From assembly GCA_965218295.1 (NCBI GenBank), contig CBDCKN010000015.1:32001-96000 (forward strand): a DNA stretch of 64,000 bases, in the 5' to 3' direction. The notes below the pieces were generated by a model. It searched no databases. It was given only the letters and a program-made list of their open reading frames with translations, and had not been told where the DNA came from. Source of the DNA: Longimicrobiales bacterium. GTDB lineage: Bacteria > Gemmatimonadota > Gemmatimonadetes > Longimicrobiales > Gaopeijiaceae. Within the stretch, counting starts at the first letter, position 1; every line of letters begins with the position of its first letter. A program made the translations under genes and the position numbers. Below, in pieces: positions 39,538 to 50,336 of the stretch.

Positions 39538-40794
39538 CTAGTGTCCCGTTAGCCGCCGGGCCAGCCGTTGAGCCTCGAGGATCCGGCCGGCGATGCCCGG
39601 CCTGGCCGAATAGTTGGAGCAGAGGTGCAGCCCGGCCGGTAGATCAAGGGCCGGCAGCGCATCCCAGCTCTCGTCCCAGGCAGGCATCCGAGTCCGGGAG
39701 ACCATGAGCGTCTTGGCTGCGTGTCCAGTGATTGTCTCGAATTCCTGGCAGGCGATCCGGCCGATCTCGTCGTCGGCACGATCCACCATCTCCGGGTTCT
39801 TCATTCCACCCAGGTACGTCGTGTAGAGACCCGAGCGCCCAAAGGAACTGTGGTTCCACGTCACGCCTCGGGTCTCGAACGGCTCCCCGAACGCCACCTG
39901 GTATCCGAGGCCGTGGAGGTCGGCTCCGGAACGCATGTGCACGACCGCCAGCGGGTTGTACCGGATTCCGGCGAGTGTGGCCGCCCCTTCGGGGGAAACC
40001 TCCTCAACGATCTTTGCCGCCTGATCCGCGGGACAGGTGAGCACAACGTGTGAGACCCGCACCGGGGGCTCCCCGTCGAGCACGACCTCCCAGCCGTCGC
40101 GGCTCTCTCGAAGAGCGCGCACCGGGCGGTCCAAGCGCACCCTGTCACCCAAGCGGGCTTGAAGGGCCCGGGGCAGGGCAGCCATGCCCTCGTGGAACGA
40201 GCACAGGGGAGCTTCATCGGCCCGCCCACCGGCCCTGATCATCCTCCACAGAATGCTTCGGCCCACGCCCATGTTCTTCAGCGTTCGTGCCAGCCCGTGC
40301 CGGGCGGGCATGCGGTCTGGGTCCGACCCGTAGAGCCCTCCGTAGAGGGGTCCGAGAAGCTCTCGGTAGGCGGTCTCCCCGAACTTCCTCCGCAAAAACG
40401 CGCCCGCCGTCTCATCGGCTCGTGGTCCCGACCGGAACGGCTCCATCAGGATGCGGGCCTTGCTCGACAGCGGCAGCAGGTCGGTGGCGATGGCCTGCCC
40501 AAGGGACAGGGGGGCCATCCTGAGCTTCCCTCTCGAATAGACGAATAGCGGAAGATCCACCGGAGCCGTCACCAGCTCTTTGGACAGCCCCACGGCCTCC
40601 ACCAGCTCCCGGAATCCAGCGGTGAGCCGAGCTCTCTGTGGTCCCAGCTCCACCTTCAAGCCGTCGCAGTCCTGGGACCAGAGGACACCACCAGGCCGCT
40701 CGGCCGCCTCCCATAGCACGACGTCGGCTCCCAGGCCGACGAGCTCGTGGCCGAGCACGAGGCCCGAGATGCCTCCCCCGACGATTCCTATCAA
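39538..40794 (-). CDS. hemY: HemY-type proto/coproporphyrinogen oxidase
   Basis: IVGGGISGL, PGG, ELGP, GLYGSDP; convergent with ferrochelatase. Confidence 0.85.
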   Translation of the reverse strand: MIGIVGGGISGLVLGHELVGLGADVVLWEAAERPGGVLWSQDCDGLKVELGPQRARLTAGFRELVEAVGLSKELVTAPVDLPLFVYSRGKLRMAPLSLGQAIATDLLPLSSKARILMEPFRSGPRADETAGAFLRRKFGETAYRELLGPLYGGLYGSDPDRMPARHGLARTLKNMGVGRSILWRMIRAGGRADEAPLCSFHEGMAALPRALQARLGDRVRLDRPVRALRESRDGWEVVLDGEPPVRVSHVVLTCPADQAAKIVEEVSPEGAATLAGIRYNPLAVVHMRSGADLHGLGYQVAFGEPFETRGVTWNHSSFGRSGLYTTYLGGMKNPEMVDRADDEIGRIACQEFETITGHAAKTLMVSRTRMPAWDESWDALPALDLPAGLHLCSNYSARPGIAGRILEAQRLARRLTGH

Positions 40795-40919
40795 CTGGGC
40801 TCCTGACGTCCAGATTCGGTGCCGAGACGCCTTTCGCGATGGCGAAAAGATCCGTCCGAGTCTACTGCGCCTGTCGGAACTTTCAACAATCGGCCTTGAC
40901 TGTGCACGGCCCCAGAACC

Positions 40920-40940
40920 AAATTTAGGCTTTCCTAATTT
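40920..40940. promoter_or_regulatory. DtxR/MntR-type operator upstream of the oxidase-ZIP operon
   Basis: AAATTTAGGCTTTCCTAATTT contains TTAGG-n4-CCTAA; AT-rich island; TTGACT at 40896. Confidence 0.7.
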
Positions 40941-40972
40941 ATATGTTTGGGTAAACTCAACCGGTGTGTGAC

Positions 40973-42052
40973 ATGAGTAAGGACCAGGGCGACCATACGT
41001 CGACTGCCAATGGCCGCGAGCCGACCGAGGAATCCCCGTCGGGGATCTCGCGACGGGATTTGCTTCGCTCCGGCATGGTCGGGGCGGTGACCCTCGCCGC
41101 CGGCACGGGGGCGATCGCGCTCAACAACGCGGCAGTAGCCGAGACGGCCACAGAGAACCCGGGGCGCCCCCACGACCCAGATTTCATGGGAGCGGACGGT
41201 GACGTCGATCCGTCCATCTTCGACGCCACGGCCTTCCTCAAGGACTTCGACTATGGGACCGTCACCACACTCCCCGGAGGTCAGGTGCAGCGTGAATACG
41301 AGATCACGGCCGTCGACCGGGAGATCGAAGTGGCACCGGGTGTCTACTTCGCTGCCTGGACCTACAACGGCACCGTTCCAGGTCCCACCATTCGCTGCAC
41401 GGAGGGAGACTACCTCAAGGTCAACTTTACCAACGCCGGGAGTCACCCCCACACTATCCACTTCCACGGCATTCACGCCGCCGGCATGGACGGTGTCTTC
41501 GAGGTGGTGGAACCCGGCGCGACGTTCGTCTACGAGTTCGATGCCGCCCCCATGGGGCTCCACGTCTACCACTGCCACTCCATCCCCTTGAAGCGACACC
41601 TCCACAAGGGCCTCTACGGCGCGTTCATCATCGACCCCAAGGAGGGGAGGCCGGAGGCCAACGAGATCGTGATGCTGATGAATGGGTTCGACACCAACTT
41701 CGACGGTGACAACGAGGTCTACGCGGTGAACACGGTGGGCTTCCATTACCAGAAGCACCCCATCGAGATTCAGCAGGGCGAGTTGGTGCGCGTCTATCTC
41801 ATGAACATGACCGAGTTCGATCCGGTGAACTCGCTCCATCTGCATGGCAACTTCTTCCGGCTGTACCGAACCGGCACCGATCTGGAGCGTTACGAGTGGA
41901 CGGATACGGTCATGCTCTGCCAGGGCGAGCGGGCGGTACTGGAGTTCACCTACGATCTCCCGGGGAAGTACATGTTCCACGCCCATCAGAGCGAGTTCGC
42001 GGAGCTGGGTTGGATGGGGATCTTCGACGTCAAGCCGAGGACGATGACCTGA
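40973..42052 (+). CDS. Tat-exported two-domain multicopper oxidase
   Basis: SRRDLL Tat signal; HTIHFH, YHCH...H...GL, LHLH and FHAH copper motifs. Confidence 0.88.
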   Translation: MSKDQGDHTSTANGREPTEESPSGISRRDLLRSGMVGAVTLAAGTGAIALNNAAVAETATENPGRPHDPDFMGADGDVDPSIFDATAFLKDFDYGTVTTLPGGQVQREYEITAVDREIEVAPGVYFAAWTYNGTVPGPTIRCTEGDYLKVNFTNAGSHPHTIHFHGIHAAGMDGVFEVVEPGATFVYEFDAAPMGLHVYHCHSIPLKRHLHKGLYGAFIIDPKEGRPEANEIVMLMNGFDTNFDGDNEVYAVNTVGFHYQKHPIEIQQGELVRVYLMNMTEFDPVNSLHLHGNFFRLYRTGTDLERYEWTDTVMLCQGERAVLEFTYDLPGKYMFHAHQSEFAELGWMGIFDVKPRTMT

Positions 42053-42095
42053 CGGGTCCCGCGGCCTGTTGAGATCCGAGGAAAGGTATATCGCC

Positions 42096-43361
42096 GTGGA
42101 TGCACCGAGTCCCGAGGGCGAAGTCCGCCTGGCAGACACCGAGGGAGCCCGGCCGGCTGAGGTGGGGGGACCCGCCGAAGCTGGGGAGCCCGCAGAGGTC
42201 CAGGGCCGGATGGCCCTAGCCGCCAAAGGCCTTCTCCCCCTCCTCCTCCTGGCCGCGTTTCTGGCCATCTTCGTGCGCGTGGGTCCAATCGGTGTCTTCC
42301 GGACCGCCTTTCCCCCGGTCGAAGAGTTGACCTTCGAGCGCGTGGCGTTCCCCTCGCCGGGCCTGGTTCGGGTGTACTTGGTCAACGGCGGCCCGGAGCC
42401 GGTGACGGTGGCACAGGTCATGGTCGACGAAGCGTACTGGCAGCATACGCTCACGCCGTCCCGCGAGATCGGGCGATTGGACCAAGCCGTGGTGGATATC
42501 CCGTATCCCTGGGTGGACGGCGACCCCCTCGAGATCTCGATCGTGAGCTCCACCGGAGTCACCTTCACGCATGAGGTCGCCGTAGCCACGCAGTCGCCCG
42601 AGGTCAGCCGGCGCTACGTGATGACCTTCGCCCTGCTCGGTGTCTACGTCGGCGTGATCCCGGTCTTCCTGGGACTCCTCTGGCTGCCGTTCCTCACGGG
42701 GATCAGCCGGCGGTGGGTCGACTTCTTTCTGAGCTTCACAGTCGGACTTCTATTCTTCCTGGGCGTGGACGCGCTGGAGGGAGCCCTGGAGCTCACGGGC
42801 CAGGTGGCATCCGCGTTCCAGGGGACGGGCCTGGTGGTCCTGGGGGTGGTGGGGACACCGCTCCTCATCAATGCCCTCAGTCGCCTGGCGATTGGTCGAG
42901 AGGCCATGGGCCCGCTGGGGATATCACTGCTCATCGCGGTGGGGATCGGCCTGCACAACCTCGGGGAAGGCCTGGCCGTCGGGTCGGCCTACGCCGTGGG
43001 CGAGGTGGCCCTGGGGACGTCTCTCGTCTTCGGGTTCCTCCTCCACAACACCACCGAGGGGTTGGGGATCGTGGCCCCTCTCGCCCGCTCCAGGCCGGCC
43101 CTCATCACGCTGGCAGGCCTGGGACTGGTCGCCGGTCTTCCCACGATTCTGGGAGCTTGGATCGGAGGCTTCTCCTACTCACCCACGGCCAGCGTCCTGT
43201 TCCTCGCCATCGGCGCCGGAGCCATCATCCAGGTGATCTGGGTGATCATGCGGAGCCTCATGGCCGACAGTCGGTTCGGTCTTACTGGTCCCCTGAACGC
43301 CGCCGGCCTGGTGGCGGGACTGATCCTCATGTACGTCACCGGCCTTTTCGTGGCCGTTTAG
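42096..43361 (+). CDS. ZIP family metal transporter with N-terminal extracytoplasmic domain
   Basis: GLHNLGEG and LHNTTEG motifs; about 100-aa beta-rich domain after the first TM. Confidence 0.88.
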   Translation: MDAPSPEGEVRLADTEGARPAEVGGPAEAGEPAEVQGRMALAAKGLLPLLLLAAFLAIFVRVGPIGVFRTAFPPVEELTFERVAFPSPGLVRVYLVNGGPEPVTVAQVMVDEAYWQHTLTPSREIGRLDQAVVDIPYPWVDGDPLEISIVSSTGVTFTHEVAVATQSPEVSRRYVMTFALLGVYVGVIPVFLGLLWLPFLTGISRRWVDFFLSFTVGLLFFLGVDALEGALELTGQVASAFQGTGLVVLGVVGTPLLINALSRLAIGREAMGPLGISLLIAVGIGLHNLGEGLAVGSAYAVGEVALGTSLVFGFLLHNTTEGLGIVAPLARSRPALITLAGLGLVAGLPTILGAWIGGFSYSPTASVLFLAIGAGAIIQVIWVIMRSLMADSRFGLTGPLNAAGLVAGLILMYVTGLFVAV

Positions 43362-43365
43362 CGAG

Positions 43366-43480
43366 CTACCAGCCTTCGACTCCGAGCTCACCCTCCGGTA
43401 GGGCCGGCCAGCCGTTGACCTGAACCAGCGTCTCGCCGGGCTCGACGTCCTGTGGGTGGCGGAAACCCCGTCTGGCCCGA
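43366..43480 (-). pseudogene. Possible C-terminal remnant of an unknown gene
   Basis: GFRHPQDVEPGETLVQVNGWPALPEGELGVEGW* with host-like codons and an in-frame stop upstream. Confidence 0.3.
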
Positions 43481-43706
43481 AATTACCGATCTTTTCACGG
43501 TTCAGTAAGAGCAGGCGTCGATCATTTCAGCGCTGAAGAGTCAACGGGAACAGAGCAGGTCGACGTATTCGGCTCAGGTCGTGGGGAGGCGCTCGCCGCG
43601 GAAATGGAGTTGCCTCTCCTCGGGAAGATCCCGTTGGCCCGCTCCGGACCGTGGGATGGGTGAATGGTCTCTTGCGGTGGGGCTCGGGAGACGTCAATTA
43701 TTTGGG

Positions 43707-46332
43707 ATGGTCCGTCGTCTACAAGTTCGCCTTGTCGCGACAATGCTGCTCTCGGCGTGTGATCCCGGCGGAAAAGTGTGCACGGCGCTCTCACCGTGCG
43801 AAGGAGACGTCCAAGTTCCCACGAGCATCACTCTATCGTCGGCTGCGTTGAACTTCTTCTCACTCGGTGAGACTCAGCAGTTGACGGTGACTGTGTTCGA
43901 CGGGAACGGGCTTGCGATCTCAGGAGCGACGGTCACGTGGGTCTCCTCGGCCCCATCGGTCGCCAGCGTAGAAGCGACTGGACTCGTCACGGCGGTAAAC
44001 GTGGGCAGTGTGACCGTTACCGTGACATCGGGTGCGGCGAGCGGAATTGCTCAGATCACGGTGCAGCAGGCGGCGGAGGCAGTGACGGTCTCGCCGGGCT
44101 CTCTTCTGTTGCCGGGGAGCGGGGCGAGGGCTTCGCTGCTCGCGTCGGTAACGGACCCGGGCGGCTCACCCATCATAAACCCGAGCCTCCTGTGGTCGTC
44201 CAGCGACCAGACCGTCGCCACGGTGAACAACGGACTCGTCACGGGCCAGGCCGGTGGCGAGGCGACGATTAAGGTGATCGCTACGAGCGCCGGGCGGAGT
44301 GCTAGCGCCGATGCGTTGGTCCAGGTCGACCGGTTGGGGATCCTGTCGACGTCACTGCCCAACGCCATCGTGAACAACCCGTACACGACGACCCTCAAGG
44401 CTGTGGCCGGAGACGGGTCGTATACCTGGGCGGTGACGGCCGGCGCGTTGCCGGTCGGCTTGACGATTGCTTTCTCGACTGGCGTCATATCCGGGACGCC
44501 TACGGCCATCGGCACCAGTACGTTCACGGCGCGGGTCACGGATGGTCGGGGGAACACCGGCTCAGCGGACCTCGCCATCCGCGTTCTGGCCGGGTTCCCA
44601 CCTCTCGACGTTGCGACGCAGTCGCTTCCGAACGCCACAGTCGGCGTACCGTACAGCCAAACGGTGGCGGGGACTGGTGGGGACGGGTCCTACACATGGT
44701 CCCTGAACACGGGCAGCTTGCCGCCTGCGCTTTCGACGCTGACAATCGGTGGGACGACCGGCACGCTCGGGTTCACCCCGCCGACTGGGGGTGTGCATCC
44801 GTTTACGGTCCAGATGACAAGTGGCGACGGGCAGAACGCCAACCGGCCGTTCACGCTAACCATCGACGACCCACTCAACGACTTCCCGGTCGCCGCGATC
44901 CTCGCTCCCAGGCAGTTCTCTGATGAGGCGTGAGGCGGAGGGATTTCCGATCACGTTCGATGGCACGGCATCGGACACTGAGGACGGTGTTCTTTCAGGG
45001 GCCTCACTGGCATGGACGAGCAACATCGACGGGCCGCTTGGCACGGGAACGTCTCTGACTACTACGGCACTGTCGGCTGGAGTCCACCAGATCACGCTCA
45101 CGGGTACGGACGGTAGCGGCGGGACCGGCGTCGCTGAGGTCACGATCGAGGTGACGTCGCTCTCGTCCGATGTGGTGATCGTATCCCCCAACGAGCCGGC
45201 ACGGATCATCGCCAGGAATGGCGTTGGCGATATCATTTCACCGGGTCAACTCACCTACGACATCACGACTTGGTGGTTCCCGGTGCAGGACGCGAACAGC
45301 CGATTCGCCATCGACTCGGAGGGAATCTTGACCCTCGAGCAGCCGGTGGCGAATGATGCCGAGTCGTTTCGCCTCACCGTCAGTATCGGTGCGACACCGA
45401 TCGCCATGGTCGTGATACTCGTGCAATCGGCGGATCGGGATTGGACCATTAGTGAGAGCGAGCATTGGCGACTGCTACTTCCGTGGGATTGGCGGAGTCG
45501 AGCCTTCGATGCGGTGCCGGACTACGCTGAGGCTCTCGGAGTTGGATGGGAAGCCCACAGCGCGATCAGCGGATCGACCTTCTTCGGCCACGCTGGAGAT
45601 CCCCTGGTGTGGCCAGCCTGGACGATCGTGATCGGGAACGACTTCGGGATCAATGGAAGTGCGATCGGGACTCCCGAGAGCTTTCTCTTCGACATCTTTG
45701 GGGAGCCGCGTTACAGCTCCATCTTGTCGACTCTCAGCTTCGACAATTTGTATAACAACCCTCTCCTGAGGATGTGCACCTTCTACTGCGGTGGCGGCCC
45801 GGCGCCGCAATCACAGGCATATCGTGTGGCCTTCGAGCTTTTATCCCTGAGGGCCATCGGGCTCGACGGTACGCTGAGCGCTGGAGCCCGAGCGATTGCT
45901 CAGTCGCACACGACGGATGGGTTCGATCCGCGCGTCGCGTCACTTCTGGCGCTTCTGGACAGGTGGGAGCTCGAGACGGATCCCTGGACCGAGGACATGT
46001 TTCACCCGGTCGTCGGTTCGGCTAGCTCGGTGCTAACAGCGATCGCCGTGACCCTCGCAGAGGAGAATGGGTGGCCAGGAACGGTTGATCGGATGGGGCT
46101 TTCGGTGAAGTCCTCGGACAACACGATCTCGGCGATCCTCAACCTGCAGCCCGGCACGCCGCTGACGAGTGTTCAGCGCATGACGTTCTTCGCCGCGTCG
46201 ATGAGCGCCGCGGCATCGACGGATCTCAAGACGAGATTCTCAGCGGATTGGCGGATCCCGATCGACCAGTCGCTCTTCGACGCCCTGTACGCACAGCTTC
46301 TCACGACCGTGAGCCAGCCGCTGCCGAACTAG
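43707..46332 (+). pseudogene. Ig-repeat (Big_2 / putative Ig) surface lipoprotein split near 44905-44935
   Basis: LLSAC lipobox; VTWVSSAPSVASV and YTWAVTAGALP repeats; continues as FDGTASDTEDG in the next frame. Confidence 0.75.
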
Positions 46333-46394
46333 GCCGGGCTCAAAGGCCCCTGTTCGAATTTCGAATGTGGCGAAGGGGTGCCTCATGAGAACCG

Positions 46395-46560
46395 GCGGAC
46401 CGGCTCCCGGACTCGTATGTCGGAGCGTGGTCAGAATGGCGCGTAGAAAGATGCGCAGTACAGCGCCGGCGATCGTGGGGTTGTGGTGCAGGAGGGGCCG
46501 GAGGCGCTTCGGAACGGAGAGCACCCATTGGCGCACCGGAAGCGGTGGCAGGACATGGTC
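46395..46560 (-). mobile_element. IS91-family (Y2) transposase remnant
   Basis: DHVLPPLPVRQWVLSVPKRLR...VLRIFLR matches the segment after the zinc finger of IS91/IS801-like transposases. Confidence 0.7.
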
Positions 46561-46812
46561 TGGTGGCGGCAACATGGCTCGGCAGGCCGACTAGCTATCG
46601 TACGTATACTCACGATATGGAGATACGTACACGTCTCCAGAGCATCTCGGGGAGCTTCCAACATGGGCGCCATGGCACCGTCCGGCATGACGTCGTGGGT
46701 TAGGCGGTCGTAGGCCCCGACGATCCGGTACCTGTGGTTGACGGCCACACTGTGCTTAGATTGTGACCCCCGGTCTGAAGCCCCCGAGTGAGCTAGGGAA
46801 CCTCTGCACGAG

Positions 46813-48383
46813 ATGAGCAACGAGCAGTTCATCTACGTCATGAAGGATCTGCGCAAGCTGGTGCCACCCAAGCGCGAAGTCCTCAAGGGCATCTGGCTGT
46901 CCTTCTTCCATGGAGCAAAGATCGGGGTCGTGGGACCCAACGGGTCCGGCAAGAGCACACTGTTGCGGATAATGGCCGGGCTCGACGACGACTTCCTGGG
47001 AGAGGCCTGGGCCGCCAAGGGAACCCGTGTGAGCTACCTGCCCCAGGAGCCCGAACTCGATCCCGAGTTCGACGTCCGAGGAAACGTGGAGGAAGCCGTC
47101 CGCGAAACCCGTGAGCTCCTCAAGCAGTTCGAGGAAATCAGCATGGAGTTCGCTGAGCCCATGAGCGACGACGAGATGGAGGCCCTCATCAAGAAGCAGT
47201 CGCGCCTCCAAGACCGCATCGATGCCTCGAACGCGTGGGACCTCGAGCGAAGGGTGAAGATCGCCATGGACGCCCTGCGCCTGCCTCCTCCCGATGCGGA
47301 CGTCACGACGCTCTCCGGCGGCGAAAAGAGACGAGTAGCCCTGTGCAACGTACTGCTCGAGGAGTCCGACATGCTCCTCCTTGACGAGCCTACCAACCAC
47401 CTCGACGCCGAGTCCGTGGCGTGGCTCGAGCGATACCTGGCGGAGTTCGGGGGAACCATCGTCGCCATCACTCACGACCGCTATTTCCTGGACAACGTGG
47501 CCGAGTGGATCCTCGAGCTCGACCGGGGCGAGGGCATTCCCTGGAAGGGCAACTACTCCTCGTGGCTCGAGCAGAAGAGGGAGCGGCTACGGGTCGAGAA
47601 GAAGCAGGCGTCGGCCCGGCAGAGCACGCTGGAGCGAGAGTTGGAGTGGATTCGGATGGCACCCCGCTTGGGGAACGATGTGGTTCTCTGTGAGAGCGTC
47701 AGGAAGGGATACGGTGACATCCTTCTCGTCGAAGACCTCTCGTTCTCACTCCCTCCGGGCGCCATTGTAGGCATCATCGGCCCGAACGGGGCTGGAAAGA
47801 CGACACTCTTCCGGATGATCACGGGCCGGGAAAGGCCGGACGACGGCACTGTTCGCCTGGGTCAGACCGTTCGGCTCGCCTACGTGGATCAGTCGGGGAC
47901 CGATCTCGATCCTGACAAAACCGTCTTCGAAGAGGTGGCTCAGGGCCTGGAGGTCCTCCAGTTCGGTCGAGTCGAAGTGAACCCGCGGGCCTACCTGTCG
48001 TGGTTCAACTTCCGGGGCGTCGATCAACAGAAGAAGGTTGGAGTGCTCTCGGGCGCGGAGAACACAATCGGCTGCGCCTGGCCAGGCTTCTAAAGGAGGG
48101 CGGTAACCTGATCCTCCTCGACGAGCCCACCAACGACCTAGACGTCGACACGCTCCGTGCCCTGGAGGAGGCGCTGCTCTCCTTCGCGGGATCGGTCATG
48201 GTGGTCTCCCACGACCGGTGGTTCCTCGACAGAATCGCGACGCATATTCTCGCCTTCGAGGGCGACAGCAAGGCGATATGGTTCGAAGGAAACTACCAGG
48301 AGTACGAGGAGGATCGGCGGCGGCGCCTCGGCGCCGAGGCGGACCAGCCTCATCGCATCAGGTACAAGCGGTTGGCCTCATAG
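46813..48383 (+). pseudogene. ettA: Energy-dependent translational throttle EttA with internal deletion and frameshift
   Basis: LSFFHGAKIG, GPNGSGKS, LSGGEKRR, LDEPTNHLDAESV. WIRMAP is joined directly to RLGNDV, and an extra GC lies in the second LSGGE near 48053. Confidence 0.88.
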
Positions 48384-48508
48384 GAAAAAACTCTGGTGCG
48401 TAGCGGGTTTCCAGTGCTTATCTTTAATTGGTGATGCTTCCCCTTGAGCCATGGAGATCATGGGCTCGGGGGAGGCGTTTTAGTCTGACAGCGTGGACGA
48501 GGCGACGC

Positions 48509-49081
48509 ATGGAGCCGGACAGGCCCGACGACCCGAGGGTTCAGCCGGAAGAGGCGGAAGCACCGCCCGAGGGAGCTGACATCCCCGAGGTGGAGATCAG
48601 CCAGGCCAGCGAGCGCGACGCCGTGCTGGCTGCCGTCATGCGGGAGCAGAGCCAGAAGGCCGAGCAGGAGGAGGTGACTCGCGAAGCCCTCGCACGGAGG
48701 CAGGGGTACGGCATCAAGCACGTGGCCATGGTCCTCGCCACGGCCATCTCCGTCTGGATCTGGATCTGGCCGCCCAGTGTCCTGCGCGTCCAGACTCCGG
48801 GGCCGCCCCCTACGGAGCAGGAGGAGGCGACACTGAGGCTCGTTATGTACTTCCAGGCCCAAAAGATCGAGCAGTATCGGCTCGATACGGGGCGTGTGCC
48901 CCTGGAGCTCGACGATGCCGGCCCGGTGTTCCGGGGCATGGAGTACATTCGACTCACCGACCGAGATTACAGGATCCTGGGGAGAACCTCCCGGGTGATC
49001 CTCTCCTACTCGTCCGTGGAGCCTATCGATGCCTTCGTGGGCGACGGCGTGAACATCCTCGAGCTCGGGGTGCTCAACTGA
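48509..49081 (+). CDS. Membrane protein with pseudopilin GspG-like C-terminal domain
   Basis: One TM, then IEQYRLDTGRVP; no prepilin leader; TGATG-coupled to the pilin gene. Confidence 0.6.
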   Translation: MEPDRPDDPRVQPEEAEAPPEGADIPEVEISQASERDAVLAAVMREQSQKAEQEEVTREALARRQGYGIKHVAMVLATAISVWIWIWPPSVLRVQTPGPPPTEQEEATLRLVMYFQAQKIEQYRLDTGRVPLELDDAGPVFRGMEYIRLTDRDYRILGRTSRVILSYSSVEPIDAFVGDGVNILELGVLN

Positions 49082-49545
49082 TGGACACGAAGCGGCGGCG
49101 CGGTTTCACGATCGTCGAGGCGGTCACAATCATGATGATCGTGAGCGTCCTGACTCGCATCGCAATGCCGCAGATGCAGGAGGTCCTCACGAGGGCCCGG
49201 GCCACTGAGGTGAGGGCGTCGTTCAGCGTCGTAGAGGAAGCCGCGACGCGCCTGTCCATCGAGAACAACCCTTGGCCGAACGACACCGACGCAGGCGTCG
49301 TACCCCCGGAGCTGGTCGATATGCTGCCGGGCGGCTTCTCCTTCGATCGCGAGCGGTACCAACTCGATTGGGAGAACTGGATCCTCCCCAGCGGGATGCC
49401 CGGCTATCCCTCGGTGCGGGGCCTCATCGGCATCTCCATCACCACCTCGGATCGGGCTCTCGGGGTGGCCCTCATGGATCTGATTCCGAACAACGCCAAG
49501 TTCGAGCTGGGCGAGACCTTCACTTTCATCTTCGCGACCCAGTAG
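49081..49545 (+). CDS. Type IV pilin / pseudopilin
   Basis: KRRRG|FTIVE prepilin cleavage/methylation site followed by a hydrophobic helix. Confidence 0.85.
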   Translation: MDTKRRRGFTIVEAVTIMMIVSVLTRIAMPQMQEVLTRARATEVRASFSVVEEAATRLSIENNPWPNDTDAGVVPPELVDMLPGGFSFDRERYQLDWENWILPSGMPGYPSVRGLIGISITTSDRALGVALMDLIPNNAKFELGETFTFIFATQ

Positions 49546-49883
49546 TCTCCGGCCACCGGCCGGCCCCTCCCCCCGAGTACCTCCCAACAAACATCGGCTC
49601 CCCCCCCGTGCCCGAGCTGACTCCCTGCCGGAGCGCCGCGCCCCCGGACTTGCCGCCACACAGCAAGCGGAGCCGGAGGCGAGCCGGGCCTGCCTCGGCA
49701 CTTTCCTCTCAGGCGTCATCCGGCGACAAGATCGAGACCGTTCCGAGCTGGGGTGCCAGACCGCAGCGCCCAACCCCAAGGCGGCGCCGCCGCCGGAAAG
49801 GAAGACGACGGGAGAGGACGCGAGCGGGAAGGGGCTTGACACTCGAAGTGGCCTCCCGGGTCGGAAGGAACTGGTGGCTCCCC

Positions 49884-50336
49884 CTAGTCGTCCTCCCAAC
49901 TGACTTCATCACCGATGCGCACGGCGGCGCCGTTCAGGACGCTTCCATGGGCGCCGCCCCTCCAATTGGGCCCGAGAGCGTCCCTCAGGCCCGGGCAGGC
50001 CTGGTCCATGATCATGCAGGGCCGGGTCTCGCCCCTGATCCGGATGCGGAGATCGCCCACGGCGAGGACCCGATCCTCGCTGTCCTCCAGGCGAATCCCG
50101 CTCACAAGGAAGTTCGCGCGACGCATGCTCGGCTCCACGTCTTCGCTCAGCTCACTCTTGAGGCCCTCGAAGACTTCCTTCTCTACGAGCGTGACGTGCC
50201 GCCGGCTGTCGAAGTCGGCGTTCCCTTCCAGGCCGCGACCCTCGACGGCAACTGCCTCATCCACGGAGTCCATTGGACCGCCTCGTGATACCTTGAGCCA
50301 GATGGCCTCCAGTCTCCCCGTCCCCTCGTTCATCAC
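49884..50336 (-). CDS. MOSC domain protein
   Basis: GLEGN, RHVTL, RRANFLV, ETRPC, IRIGD-like end. Confidence 0.88.
   Translation of the reverse strand: MMNEGTGRLEAIWLKVSRGGPMDSVDEAVAVEGRGLEGNADFDSRRHVTLVEKEVFEGLKSELSEDVEPSMRRANFLVSGIRLEDSEDRVLAVGDLRIRIRGETRPCMIMDQACPGLRDALGPNWRGGAHGSVLNGAAVRIGDEVSWEDD

Noticed and set aside
42145..42200. Three imperfect 18-bp repeats (PAEVGG/PAEAGE/PAEV)
   Set aside because: Low-complexity N-terminal extension of the ZIP protein with no evidence of a separate function.
49550..49880. Possible gene or ncRNA in the 330-bp gap after the pilin gene
   Set aside because: Only a short hydrophobic stretch; no start, motif or convincing structure.
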